From: an uncultured virus (IMG/VR IMGVR_UViG_3300042554_001444)
Lineage: Duplodnaviria > Heunggongvirae > Uroviricota > Caudoviricetes
Length of the DNA stretch: 20,000 nt
Reading direction: 5' to 3' (one strand)
Virus record (IMG/VR): IMGVR_UViG_3300042554_001444
Part shown: positions 1 to 9,811 of the stretch, in pieces
How the letters are laid out: the number at the start of each line of letters is the position of its first letter
How positions within the stretch are numbered: position 1 is the stretch's first letter
Notes under the pieces: generated by a model
What the model was told of the DNA's origin: nothing
The model's input: the letters and a program-made list of their open reading frames with translations, nothing else
Databases searched by the model: none
Translations under genes and position numbers: made by a program

Positions 1-1
1 G

Positions 2-163
2 AAAATCCAAACCGATGAAGGCGACCTGACGGTTAAACTCACTCCGCAGCAGCTTGCGGAACGGCTTTCAAAGCTTGGAGCGCCTGCGGCTGCCGGCGCC
101 ACGAATGCCATTCCAGTCTTGAGAGTTGTCGGTGGAGCCGGTAACAGATCCATCCAGAAATAA
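2..163 (+). CDS. 3' end of upstream gene (partial; probably a virion/internal protein)
   Basis: Frame 2 is open from the window edge (KIQTDEGDLTVKLTPQQLAERLSKLG...RSIQK) to TAA 161-163, 6 nt before the ATG of the giant gene. The product is inferred from position only. Confidence 0.7.
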   Translation, partial: KIQTDEGDLTVKLTPQQLAERLSKLGAPAAAGATNAIPVLRVVGGAGNRSIQK

Positions 164-169
164 TCGACT

Positions 170-3100
170 ATGCCTAAGCTCGTTGACGTTGAAAATATCG
201 GGTTGATTGAGGTGCCCGATGACATGGGCGAAAACGAGCTTCTTGAGTTCGTAGGTACACTGGATCAAGGCGCGCTACCCGCCGCTGGATCCGCGATGAT
301 GCGAGAAGGTGGCCGCATGGTTGGCGGCGCCATGATGGGGCTGACGCGTTTAGGTCTCGAAGAGCCCCCTCCGTTAATCAGCCCGTCCATGGCTGACAGT
401 CCGGCCAAGATGGCAGCCTACGAGCGCAGGCAAGCCGCCTGGGAAAAGCGCGTCAAAGAAGTCACCCCAGAGCAAACCGTAGCCCGCGCCGCTGAACTTG
501 AGGCCAGCCCGACATTCCAGATGGGCAAGGCGCTTCAAGAGGGCGCGGAAGAAGCGTTCCCGGTCAGCCCATTGCGTGAAGATGATTACCTCACGCAGGT
601 AGCAAGCGGGCTCGGTTCTTTGCCGGTGTCAGCGATGCCTGGCGGCATGATTGTGTACGGACTCAGCGCCGGCGAAAACGCAGCGCAAAAGACAGGTCGG
701 TTTTACGACGCCAAGATCGCGCTTGCACTGGCTGAGGGAAATGCAGCTGAGGTGAATCGCCTGCAAGCTGAAAAAGCCGTCAAACAATACCAGTCAACAC
801 TGTACACTGCACCGATTGGAGCGGTGACGGAACGGTTTGGAGCAGTGGCGGGATTGGGACGCGCAATTTCTGGCAAAGTTTCCAAAAGCATCATCAAAGA
901 AGCAGCGCGAACGGCGGGCGCAGAAACTCTTCAGGAGGTTTCAGAAGAAGGGTTGGGAAATGTTGTTGCACAGAAGACTTACAACCCGGACCAAAAGCTC
1001 ACCGAGGGGGTGTTCGAGTCTGGGGCAGCTGGTTTTGGGGTTGGCGGTTTAGTGGGGTTGGTGGGAGGCAGGGTTGGACGCGTTGCTGAAAATCAACGTC
1101 TTGCACAAGAATTGAGCGCGCCTCTCTCGCAGGCTCAAATCAAAGAAATCCTGGCGCGCCAACGTGCTGGCGGGCCCGCAATCGGTGGCGACTTAGGACC
1201 CACCCTGAAAGAAATTATCGCCGCTCGCGCTGCCAATAACGCTGCCCTTGGTGGTGACCCTAACAACCCGCTCCCCAACACCACCGCCACCCTCGCCGGC
1301 ATTAACTCCGGCGGCGCACCGTCTGGGCCGATTAACATCACGCCGCCGCCTGTGACTGGTGGCGCTCCTGGGGAAGAAGCCAAGATTCCAGACATGGATC
1401 TGGAGACGGATGTTGTTGATGAGGAGACTCCGGGAGTCCCATTGATTGACGTGGTCCGCTTGGACGATCTCCAGCGTAAAGCTTCTTCCGGCACCATTCA
1501 GACCGACGAGCTTGAAGAACTGCGCGGGATGCATAACCGGCTGGGGCTTTCTGAGCCGGTTGTTTCGGAAGCGCCTGTTGCTGCCACTGAAACTCCCACC
1601 GAGGTCCAGCCGCTGACGATCGAGGAGACGCAGGAGTACAACGCGGGCGTCGATCTCGGAACGGATTCCATGTCGGATGAGGAACTGATTCGTTTCGAGG
1701 AACTCGCCGGCCGTGTTCGACAACTGGAGGATGCCGGGTTTGAGTTTGATGAAACGACTGGATGGGCTAAGCCCGGGGTGGCTGCGGTGGCGGCTGAGGT
1801 GCCGGCCGCGCCCACAGAAACGCCAGCTGCGCCACAGGAGGCGACTCCGTTCAAGGCGGCGCCTGATTTCCGATACACGATCACGGAGGCTCCAAATTAC
1901 GGATTAAGCCCGCTCTCATACGAAGACGCAGACTTCGACTTGGAGGCCCTTCAATTCCAAGCAGAGCGAGGTCGTCTAACCCCAGAAAGATTCGCCCAAT
2001 CTGAAATCGGAAGGCGGATGGATAGCGGCCAGATGAGCGGTGTTAACAGCGGCTTAAAGGTAGATCCCGTTGGGACCATCAAAGCTTTGCGAGCCGCGCT
2101 GGTTCCTGCGCCGGCCGCGCCCGCTCCTGCGCCAGCACCCACCCCTCCAACACGCACCGCCGTACTAACCCCAGGTGCGGTTACGGTAACTCAGACTCCG
2201 GCCAAACCCACCCCGGCACCCGCACCCGCCCCAGCACCCGCCGCAACCATTTCCGATGAAAACCAAGCTCTCCTCAAAAACATCGGCCTCGCCTCAAAGG
2301 TCAACGCAGACGGCACGATTTCACTCTCTGGCGGGACGTTCAGCTGGAAAGACGACATTAAAGCCGCTGGCGGAAAATACGACGGAATCGACCGCTCCTG
2401 GAAGATTTCTTCCGACGGGCTTGGGAAGTTCATCGAGCGAGCGCGACCTGCTGCAACAGCTGCTGGTGGACAGCCAGGTGGCCGACCAGCTTACGTCGCC
2501 GATTCTGGCCTCCGAAAACTCCGGTCGGATGCTGACAAGCGGCCCGACCGAAGCGGACTTGATGGAGGTGTTGGGAACTATGTCGGTGAAGATACCCAAC
2601 AGTTGATGCGCCAAGGGGAGGCTTTTGGCATCCCCAGCATCGTGATCGACGAACAGATCGAAGACGTGGCCCTGATGGTCCAGGCGTATCGCCAAGGGCG
2701 ACCGCTCTTCATGCTCTCCAGCGCCCCGGGCACGGGCAAGACGTTCGTGTTGGGCGCGGCAATTCGAGAGCTTCGCCGCTCGGGCGCCAACAAGATTGTG
2801 TACGTGACACTCCGCAAGGAGCTTATCACCCAGATCAAGCAGGACCTGAAGGACTACGGAATCGGAGACGTAGAGTTCATCACCTACGCGGAGATGAAAG
2901 ACCGCCCGGCCAAGGGGTCCGACGTGCTGATATTCGATGAAGCGCACGCGATCAAGAACCTGTCCGGGGAAGGTTCTGAGCAAGCCAAAAAGGCGCAGGA
3001 ATGGATCAAGCAAACCAAGTTCCCGATCCTCTCTACTGCGACTCCGTTTGAAAACCCAGTCCAAGCCGCCTACCTAGCCGGCACAGGGGTATTCGAGCCG

Positions 3101-6100
3101 TTTGGCGGGTTCCAAGACTTTGCTTTAGCCTACGGAGCGACAAAGGTGAAGAGCGGGGATGATACGATCCTTGTTTGGAAGCGGACTAACACCAGTGACG
3201 CCGACCAAGTGGCGGCGCGCAACTTCTTCAAAAAGGAAGGTGTCTTCACGGCCCGCAAAACCCGCCTTCCTCCAAACCAAGTGGATTCACGCTTGGTCAA
3301 GGTCAAGGCGAACGAGGAGTACATTAGAATCTACGAGGCGTTCGAGAACGCTGTCGAAGAGAACAAGAGCGCTCTGGCTGGATTTGCCAAAGCGTGGATT
3401 AAGAATTTCCAGAAGCGCATTCTGGAAGCGTCCAAAATCGACATCGCTATCAACGAAGCCAGCAACGCACTCAAGGCTGGGCGCTGGCCGATCATCTTTG
3501 TTGAGACCAAGGCGGAACGGAAGATCGACATCCCGAGGTTGCTTGATCTCGAAGATCAGTGGCGCCGAGAGGTGGACCTGGCGCGGCGAATGAATGAGCG
3601 CGGCCCAAGCCGAGCGCAATTTGGACTCCCACCGATGGGAATCACCGACGTACTGGCGTCGTTCATGGAAGAAACCGGAATATCGGTGATCGAGATTCCA
3701 TCCGCTGAAGATACGGTCAAGGCGCGCTTCGGTGAGGACAACGTCGCGATTTTCACTGGCTCGGTCACGCCCGCGAAGGCTCAGAAGAACCTTGATCGTT
3801 GGCGTGGTCCAAGGCCGATGGTCCTGGTTGCCACGATGGCCAAGGGCGGCACCGGCCTGTCGCTGCACGACAAAGTTGGGGATCACCAGACGACCCAGAT
3901 CAACGTCAACCTGCCTTGGACCGCGACCCAAGTGGAGCAGGTTTCGTTGCGCTCCGCGCGGTACGGCCTCAAAGGCACCGCGCAGATGCAATGGCTGTTC
4001 GCTGACAATATCCCGTTTGATCGCGAACTGGCCCAACGTGTTGGCTCACGCATGGCCGACATGGGTGCGATTGTTCACGGCGAACTGCCGACGACGGCCG
4101 CGAGCATCCAGAACTGGAACTTTGAAGATGATTCGTTCTCAGAGGCCAATGCTGACCAAGCCGACAAAAATGATCTGATTAAGCAGGAGCAGCCGCCTCC
4201 GGCTGTTCCTGCACCTGCACCCGAACCCACCGCACCGCCCGCACCCACTATCCGCCGGAAAGTCCGTGAGTGGGCGCCCAAGGGAGACATCCTGGACGAC
4301 ATAATCAACCTCGGCGGTGTCATGTCCAAGTCGCAGGCCAAGAAGGAAGGTCGGCTGGGGAAGATCCAAAGCCTCTACGACGACGCGCCAAGACTCGATC
4401 CGTACTTCAACAAGATTTTTGCTGGCAGAAAGCGCGGCGAGGGAAGCCGAAACCAACCCGACGTACTCCTACAGGAGCTTGCCATGAAGAACCCCGGCAA
4501 GTACGGGGACATGACGGTCGCGGAGTTTTGGGCCGAGATTGAGAAGGCGGCCCGCGGTCGCAAGGGAGACGTTGCCGCTGCCAAAGAAGAAGCCAAGGCC
4601 GCCGAGGAAGGTGCCGCCGAAGTTGAAGGTCTCGATGCGTTTTTGCAGGCGCAGGATGAAGCGTTCGTCGATGCCCAAACTGATGGGATGCAACGCCTCG
4701 GCGAGCCTGACGGGCCTGTTGAGGTTTCCGTTGGAAGCCTAGCCATAGGTGACCGGTTCTTTGTTCAAGGGGAACTCTTTGAAGTTACCTCTGTCACGCC
4801 GGATGGTCAGTACACGATTCGAGATGGCGAGAAGTTTGGGGTTCAGCAGCTTACGGATGACGATACGATTTTCGTTGATCGCGAGCCCATTCGCGTAAGC
4901 CGAAGCACAGAGTTTTTGCCTCCCGAGACTGAAGCGCCACCCCAGACCCCGCGCTTGGGCGCCATGCAACAGCAAGGCGATTTGCTTTCTGGTCAATCTG
5001 AGGCATTCGCCTTAGTTGGCGAAAGGGGTGTTGATTACGAAAGGAAGCAGCGCGAAGCCCAAGCCGCCGCCCGCGCTGCCGCCGAAGCCAAGGCCGCCCA
5101 AGAGAAGGCGCAAACCCAGATGGATCTCGGCGCCGCCGCCGCCGAAGCCTCCGACGCGATCGCCCAGTTCGTCGAGTCGATCACCCCCAAGGCCGGCATC
5201 ACCGAAGGCCCGACGCCCGAGGAGTCTGCACGCCGGGTTCTCGAAGCCCTCACCAAGCTCGCTTCCGTCGCGATCCGCGCTGGCATTCAGAACGCATCTC
5301 AGTGGGCGACCAGTCTGCGCCTGAAGCTCGGCCCGGCATTGCAGTACGCCTGGGACCGCGCTCAAGGATCAACAGTTGAGCCCACGCCGGAGGTTATCGC
5401 TGACGTCTCCAGCCTGCCTGAGCGTGCGGCTACCGACTTCGGTATGATCTACAGCACGCCTGGCGATCCGGTGACTACCAAGCGTGGCGGGTTTGAAGAT
5501 GTCGTGGCGGGGCGCCGGGCGCTCACTCCTGAAGTCCGTAATGCTGGATTCCAGCTGGCGGTCGATGCGTTCAATGAAGCGGGAGTGAAGTTCCGCCAGG
5601 TGGGAGACGCCCTATTTGCTCCCGTCGATGGAGTGGACCAAGAGGCGGCTGGACGGGAGTTGGTCCGTATCGCCAAGGACAAGATCGCCAAGGCCAAAGC
5701 CGAAGGACGTAGCGATACCGTCGCAGAATTGATCAATTCGCTGCGGAACCATTTCGGAATCTCCGAGGCGTTCAGCCCCGAGACCCGCGACGAACTCTAC
5801 CTGATCGGTCAGTCTGAGGCGTCTGAGTTCGGCCGGAACCTGGCGAGCTTGAAAGCCTCGGTGAAGGACTTCGTGGCCCTAGCCCGCAACGTGCGCGGAT
5901 TCCTGACATCGGCCATCTACGACAACTTCAATGGCGAGAGCGTCAAAGGTGTGCTCGATAAGATTATGACCGAGTTCCGGGGCCAGTTCACGGAAGCGGA
6001 GATCCAGAAGATCGTTGGCGAGAAACCGGATCTCCAGCAGATGTTGAATCGGTTTGGAATCTTGGCGCTGGCCGACACTGGCGGCCGCGTGTACCGGACT

Positions 6101-9100
6101 GTCCAGGCGCGCCTAACTACCAAGAAGCCGCCCACCCAGAAGGCGAAAGAACAACGCGCACTTGAGGATGAAGCCATCGAGCAGATCATCGAGAACGCTT
6201 TAGCCCTCGGGATTACCGAGCCTCCCCAGCCTCCGAATCGAAAGCTCACTCCCGACGAGCGCCTCGCGCTGATGACCCGTCCGGCGACCCAAGCCAAGGT
6301 GCAAAAGGCCACCGAGGATGCAGTTAAGCAGGCCGAGTTTAACGCTGGATGGGCGGTTATGATGGCCAGCGCAGCCGGCAACGAGGAGCTTCGCGCTCAG
6401 TATCAGGAAGCCAAGGACGCTGGAGAAGAGCCCGATCCAGAGGCGATCGAGGAGGGTCTCGACCTCCCGAAGTACGCTCACTGGCGCACGATCCGCGACG
6501 GGTTCCTGAATTACTCGCCAACCACCCTGAAGCTCGTCCAAGACGTGATCCGCGGCCGGTTTAAGGGAACGCAGTTCGGGCCGAAGAAAGCCGCTCCTCC
6601 GGCGCCCGCCAAGATCGACCTGGTGCGCTTGGTTCAACAACCAAACGCTGAGATGAGCCGTGTGATCGGCGAGCAGTTGTCCGCCATCGAGCGTGTCATA
6701 AACCTAGCCGGCGCGTCCCCCGAGGCCAAGGCCCGAGTGATGCAGATGGTAACCGCAAATGTGGGTTCTCAGATCCAGCTGGCCCGCCAGCGTGTGCTGA
6801 ATAACTTCTTGGACGTGAAGGTCAAGACGGGACCCACGACCGCAAGCGACCGCCTCCAGCGGCTGATTAACGCTGGCATCACCGAGGACCCGCGCTACCG
6901 GTCCCAAAAGACCCGTGACCTCTTGAAGCGCGTTGCCAAGACCTACCTGACAGCCGATGAGCTTTTTGGCATGGCGACCAGGACACGGGCCGAGAAGCTC
7001 GCGTTCCTTACCGGCAAACTCAACCAGATCACCGCAGCCGAGAAGTTGACTGATGAGTGGATGCAGGGTGCCGTCTGGACCTATCTCACCGAGCGGATGA
7101 TGGAAGCTGAGAACGCAGCGGTATCCCAGATCGTGGGTGCCAAGGACGTGAGCTTCGACCCAGCCCAGCCGAAGACCGACGCGCAGCTGGCGGCCGACCG
7201 GGCCAAGGCTGTCGATCGCCTCGCCGGAGGTATCCGCGCCGGCCTGCTGGACCAGCGCATCGTGGAAAGTATCGCCAAGAATCCCGCGTTGCAGCGGCTG
7301 GTTCCTAAGATGGGCGACCTGGTGAAGCGGGTTCTCAATACCCCGCAGGGTGGCCAGGCAAAACTGGCTCAAGCGTTCTCCGAAGCGTTGCTGTCGGAAC
7401 TGGCGATCGACCAGGCGCTGGCCGACAAGACGGGCCTTGCGCTGGCCAAAGCGTTCGAGGCGAAGTTTGAACGGGCGCGCATCCGTGCGCTTGATCTTGC
7501 GGTCCAGAAGCTCACACCGAAGCAGCGCGAGGAGGCTGGTCCGGGGCGCCCGCTGTGGCAGAAGATCGAGGAATTCGTGAACGCAGGTGGCATGAACTCG
7601 GCGGTGCTCCTGCAAAGCATTGCGAAGAAGGCTGGATGGAAGGTGCCTACCGATGAGGAGGTTTCACGCCTCCGAGACCTGGCGCGCCTGGAACAGGAAC
7701 TCAGCACGGCCACCGAAGAGGAAATCAGCAAAGGTATCACGGACGACATCAAGGCCGCGAAGAACCTTGGAAGGCGGGCAGACATTATGCGCGAGATCCA
7801 GATGCGCTGGGCGCGTATGACCATGCCGATCCGTGGCAACAAGCAGAACCTGGCGCGAGCGATCAATGAGGTGACTTCGGCACAACTGCTGTTCAAACCG
7901 AGCTTCGTTACCAAGCAGCTGATCGACGTGGCTACCCAGATGTTCTACTACACGCCGACGCGTGCAGTAGCGACGGCCGTAGAGCGATACCGCACCAGTC
8001 GCGATCCAAACCGCGCAAGCCGACTGTGGAAGGATACCAGTGCTGCGCTCGAAGACGCCTACAAGGCGCGCTTCAATGCGCTCAACATGGCCCTCACGTC
8101 TGCGCTGGAGGCTGCCAAGGGCCGAGCCGAGAAGGATACTATCATGGGTATCCAGAGCGGTATCCGGGCGCTAGACCGCATCAACGCGCAGGCCAGCGAG
8201 TACGCCAAGAACGGCGACTACGCCAGGTCCGCGCTGGTGCGAATGATCGGCATCTCTCAGCTATCGTTCCGGTTCGCTTCATCTCTCGATGCCTTCCAAG
8301 GCGTCCTGGCTGAACAGCAGGAGATCGGTGCATGGACCGAGTCCCAGCTGCGTCTTCAGGGCATGGCGCCCGAGCAGGCTCGCAAGACCGCCAAGACTAT
8401 CATCGGAGATGCGATAGCCGAGTACGCGTTGGCTCAAGCAATCGTTGGTGATGATCCCAACATTAGCCCGAAAGAGCGCCGCGCCGCTGCCTGGAACGTC
8501 GTGCGCGCCCGGCAGTACCAACGCATCAAAGCGGCCGGGCTTGATACGGGTGCGCTCAAGGAACTCACCCAGGACCTCCGCTCCACGATCGGTTGGAACG
8601 TTGAAGAAACCGGTGGGCTTGGTGGCGTGATCGGGCAAGGCATGAAGAATGCCAGCGACTTCCTTGCGAAGACTGGCATCCCGAACCCTGTCGGACGTTT
8701 CTCCAACGCGATTGCGATCGGCATCAACCGTGCCCTCACGTTTGCCGGCGGCGGATTCGTGCCGAAAGCCTTCGAGGGATCCGCTTGGTACAAGACCGAG
8801 GCTGACAAGACGCAGCGCAAAATCGAGGCCGCAACCGGGTTGGGCCTGTCAGGCGCCTTTGCTGCACTGGTTCTCTCTGGCGCGCTACGCGTCTTCACCA
8901 GGTGGCCCGACGACAAGGAGGAAGCTGACCTCTGGGAACGTGAAGGCCACCGTCCGAACACCATGGAGCTTGAACTGCCTGGCGGTAAGATCCTGCGCGT
9001 GTCGTTGAACACCGGGCCGATTCAGGTTGTACGGCCGGCACTGGCTGCGATCGGTGAGCTTCAGTATCAGGTCGCCAGGCGCAACCGCCTGAACCAGAAG

Positions 9101-9766
9101 GCCGAGGCTGCTGCCAAAAAGAAGGGCTTGAAGTTTGAGCCCCGCGAACTCACTGCGAAGGATGTAGGTGGTGCGTTAGCCTACGGCGCTTACTCCGCTG
9201 TGGCGCAAGGGCGCACTGCATCTGGCATGATCGGCTCCGGCGTGTACCGCCAGACCCCTGACATGGGCAAGATCGCCGCTGGTGCAGTAAGCCCGTTGAT
9301 TCCGTTTGCACCGCTCCTACGCGAGGCTGCCGCCATGTCCGGCGCGGAGTTCAACCCCAAGGACCAGACGTTCATTAACCTCCTAGTGCCGACGCCCTGG
9401 AGTGGTAAGGTGGACCGCAACTTCCTTGGAGACCCAGTAGGCACGCCGCGCGCCCAGGAGCGCATCATGTCGATCCTCACCGGCGGCACCGCAATCGTTG
9501 GAGGCGACGATCCTGATCGTGCCTACCAAGTGCTGGCCAAGACTGGATGGACTCCGTCCACCCCGCAAAACAATCGGTTCTTCCAGTTCGGCCGCGTGCA
9601 ACGGCAGGCCACTCCGGAGGAGTTGACCAGGATGCAGGAGGTCCGCGCAGTCGAACTCAAGACCCGCATTTCGCAGCTGGATCCTCAGACCGCCACCAAG
9701 CGGCAGCTGGATCGGATCGAGGACATTGCGAACGCAAAATCGAAAAAAGCTATGGGAATTCGATAA
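170..9766 (+). CDS. Giant (3198 aa) putative internal virion/DNA-ejection 'large polyvalent protein' containing a Strawberry-notch-like SF2 helicase
   Basis: One uninterrupted ORF. Helicase motifs: Walker A SAPGTGKT (~2720-2743), Walker B LIFDEAH (DEAH 2936-2947), motif III STATP, motif V GGTGLSLHD (~3845-3871) and LPWTATQVEQVSLRSARYG (motif VI-like). N-terminal region is Gly/Ala-rich with hydrophobic segments, and the long C-terminal half is Ala/Leu-rich and helical-looking, as in phage ejection proteins. Confidence 0.8.
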   Translation: MPKLVDVENIGLIEVPDDMGENELLEFVGTLDQGALPAAGSAMMREGGRMVGGAMMGLTRLGLEEPPPLISPSMADSPAKMAAYERRQAAWEKRVKEVTPEQTVARAAELEASPTFQMGKALQEGAEEAFPVSPLREDDYLTQVASGLGSLPVSAMPGGMIVYGLSAGENAAQKTGRFYDAKIALALAEGNAAEVNRLQAEKAVKQYQSTLYTAPIGAVTERFGAVAGLGRAISGKVSKSIIKEAARTAGAETLQEVSEEGLGNVVAQKTYNPDQKLTEGVFESGAAGFGVGGLVGLVGGRVGRVAENQRLAQELSAPLSQAQIKEILARQRAGGPAIGGDLGPTLKEIIAARAANNAALGGDPNNPLPNTTATLAGINSGGAPSGPINITPPPVTGGAPGEEAKIPDMDLETDVVDEETPGVPLIDVVRLDDLQRKASSGTIQTDELEELRGMHNRLGLSEPVVSEAPVAATETPTEVQPLTIEETQEYNAGVDLGTDSMSDEELIRFEELAGRVRQLEDAGFEFDETTGWAKPGVAAVAAEVPAAPTETPAAPQEATPFKAAPDFRYTITEAPNYGLSPLSYEDADFDLEALQFQAERGRLTPERFAQSEIGRRMDSGQMSGVNSGLKVDPVGTIKALRAALVPAPAAPAPAPAPTPPTRTAVLTPGAVTVTQTPAKPTPAPAPAPAPAATISDENQALLKNIGLASKVNADGTISLSGGTFSWKDDIKAAGGKYDGIDRSWKISSDGLGKFIERARPAATAAGGQPGGRPAYVADSGLRKLRSDADKRPDRSGLDGGVGNYVGEDTQQLMRQGEAFGIPSIVIDEQIEDVALMVQAYRQGRPLFMLSSAPGTGKTFVLGAAIRELRRSGANKIVYVTLRKELITQIKQDLKDYGIGDVEFITYAEMKDRPAKGSDVLIFDEAHAIKNLSGEGSEQAKKAQEWIKQTKFPILSTATPFENPVQAAYLAGTGVFEPFGGFQDFALAYGATKVKSGDDTILVWKRTNTSDADQVAARNFFKKEGVFTARKTRLPPNQVDSRLVKVKANEEYIRIYEAFENAVEENKSALAGFAKAWIKNFQKRILEASKIDIAINEASNALKAGRWPIIFVETKAERKIDIPRLLDLEDQWRREVDLARRMNERGPSRAQFGLPPMGITDVLASFMEETGISVIEIPSAEDTVKARFGEDNVAIFTGSVTPAKAQKNLDRWRGPRPMVLVATMAKGGTGLSLHDKVGDHQTTQINVNLPWTATQVEQVSLRSARYGLKGTAQMQWLFADNIPFDRELAQRVGSRMADMGAIVHGELPTTAASIQNWNFEDDSFSEANADQADKNDLIKQEQPPPAVPAPAPEPTAPPAPTIRRKVREWAPKGDILDDIINLGGVMSKSQAKKEGRLGKIQSLYDDAPRLDPYFNKIFAGRKRGEGSRNQPDVLLQELAMKNPGKYGDMTVAEFWAEIEKAARGRKGDVAAAKEEAKAAEEGAAEVEGLDAFLQAQDEAFVDAQTDGMQRLGEPDGPVEVSVGSLAIGDRFFVQGELFEVTSVTPDGQYTIRDGEKFGVQQLTDDDTIFVDREPIRVSRSTEFLPPETEAPPQTPRLGAMQQQGDLLSGQSEAFALVGERGVDYERKQREAQAAARAAAEAKAAQEKAQTQMDLGAAAAEASDAIAQFVESITPKAGITEGPTPEESARRVLEALTKLASVAIRAGIQNASQWATSLRLKLGPALQYAWDRAQGSTVEPTPEVIADVSSLPERAATDFGMIYSTPGDPVTTKRGGFEDVVAGRRALTPEVRNAGFQLAVDAFNEAGVKFRQVGDALFAPVDGVDQEAAGRELVRIAKDKIAKAKAEGRSDTVAELINSLRNHFGISEAFSPETRDELYLIGQSEASEFGRNLASLKASVKDFVALARNVRGFLTSAIYDNFNGESVKGVLDKIMTEFRGQFTEAEIQKIVGEKPDLQQMLNRFGILALADTGGRVYRTVQARLTTKKPPTQKAKEQRALEDEAIEQIIENALALGITEPPQPPNRKLTPDERLALMTRPATQAKVQKATEDAVKQAEFNAGWAVMMASAAGNEELRAQYQEAKDAGEEPDPEAIEEGLDLPKYAHWRTIRDGFLNYSPTTLKLVQDVIRGRFKGTQFGPKKAAPPAPAKIDLVRLVQQPNAEMSRVIGEQLSAIERVINLAGASPEAKARVMQMVTANVGSQIQLARQRVLNNFLDVKVKTGPTTASDRLQRLINAGITEDPRYRSQKTRDLLKRVAKTYLTADELFGMATRTRAEKLAFLTGKLNQITAAEKLTDEWMQGAVWTYLTERMMEAENAAVSQIVGAKDVSFDPAQPKTDAQLAADRAKAVDRLAGGIRAGLLDQRIVESIAKNPALQRLVPKMGDLVKRVLNTPQGGQAKLAQAFSEALLSELAIDQALADKTGLALAKAFEAKFERARIRALDLAVQKLTPKQREEAGPGRPLWQKIEEFVNAGGMNSAVLLQSIAKKAGWKVPTDEEVSRLRDLARLEQELSTATEEEISKGITDDIKAAKNLGRRADIMREIQMRWARMTMPIRGNKQNLARAINEVTSAQLLFKPSFVTKQLIDVATQMFYYTPTRAVATAVERYRTSRDPNRASRLWKDTSAALEDAYKARFNALNMALTSALEAAKGRAEKDTIMGIQSGIRALDRINAQASEYAKNGDYARSALVRMIGISQLSFRFASSLDAFQGVLAEQQEIGAWTESQLRLQGMAPEQARKTAKTIIGDAIAEYALAQAIVGDDPNISPKERRAAAWNVVRARQYQRIKAAGLDTGALKELTQDLRSTIGWNVEETGGLGGVIGQGMKNASDFLAKTGIPNPVGRFSNAIAIGINRALTFAGGGFVPKAFEGSAWYKTEADKTQRKIEAATGLGLSGAFAALVLSGALRVFTRWPDDKEEADLWEREGHRPNTMELELPGGKILRVSLNTGPIQVVRPALAAIGELQYQVARRNRLNQKAEAAAKKKGLKFEPRELTAKDVGGALAYGAYSAVAQGRTASGMIGSGVYRQTPDMGKIAAGAVSPLIPFAPLLREAAAMSGAEFNPKDQTFINLLVPTPWSGKVDRNFLGDPVGTPRAQERIMSILTGGTAIVGGDDPDRAYQVLAKTGWTPSTPQNNRFFQFGRVQRQATPEELTRMQEVRAVELKTRISQLDPQTATKRQLDRIEDIANAKSKKAMGIR

Positions 9767-9773
9767 TCCTGTA

Positions 9774-9802
9774 TTGACGGCACGCACCACTTGCCATACG
9801 TT
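9774..9802 (+). promoter_or_regulatory. Sigma70-like promoter for the recombination operon
   Basis: TTGACG (9774-9779), 17-bp spacer, TACGTT (9797-9802), in the short gap between the giant gene and ATG 9812. Confidence 0.7.
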
Positions 9803-9811
9803 GACACACGT

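Noticed and set aside
170..9766. Tape measure protein, virion RNA polymerase or DarB orthologue call for the giant ORF
   Set aside because: No tape-measure repeat periodicity, and no RNAP catalytic motif or methyltransferase motif was recognised. Only the helicase is supported.
703..9790. Many 60-300 aa ORFs antisense or out of frame within the giant gene
   Set aside because: They are shadow ORFs expected from GC-rich codon bias, with no recognisable motifs or translation signals.
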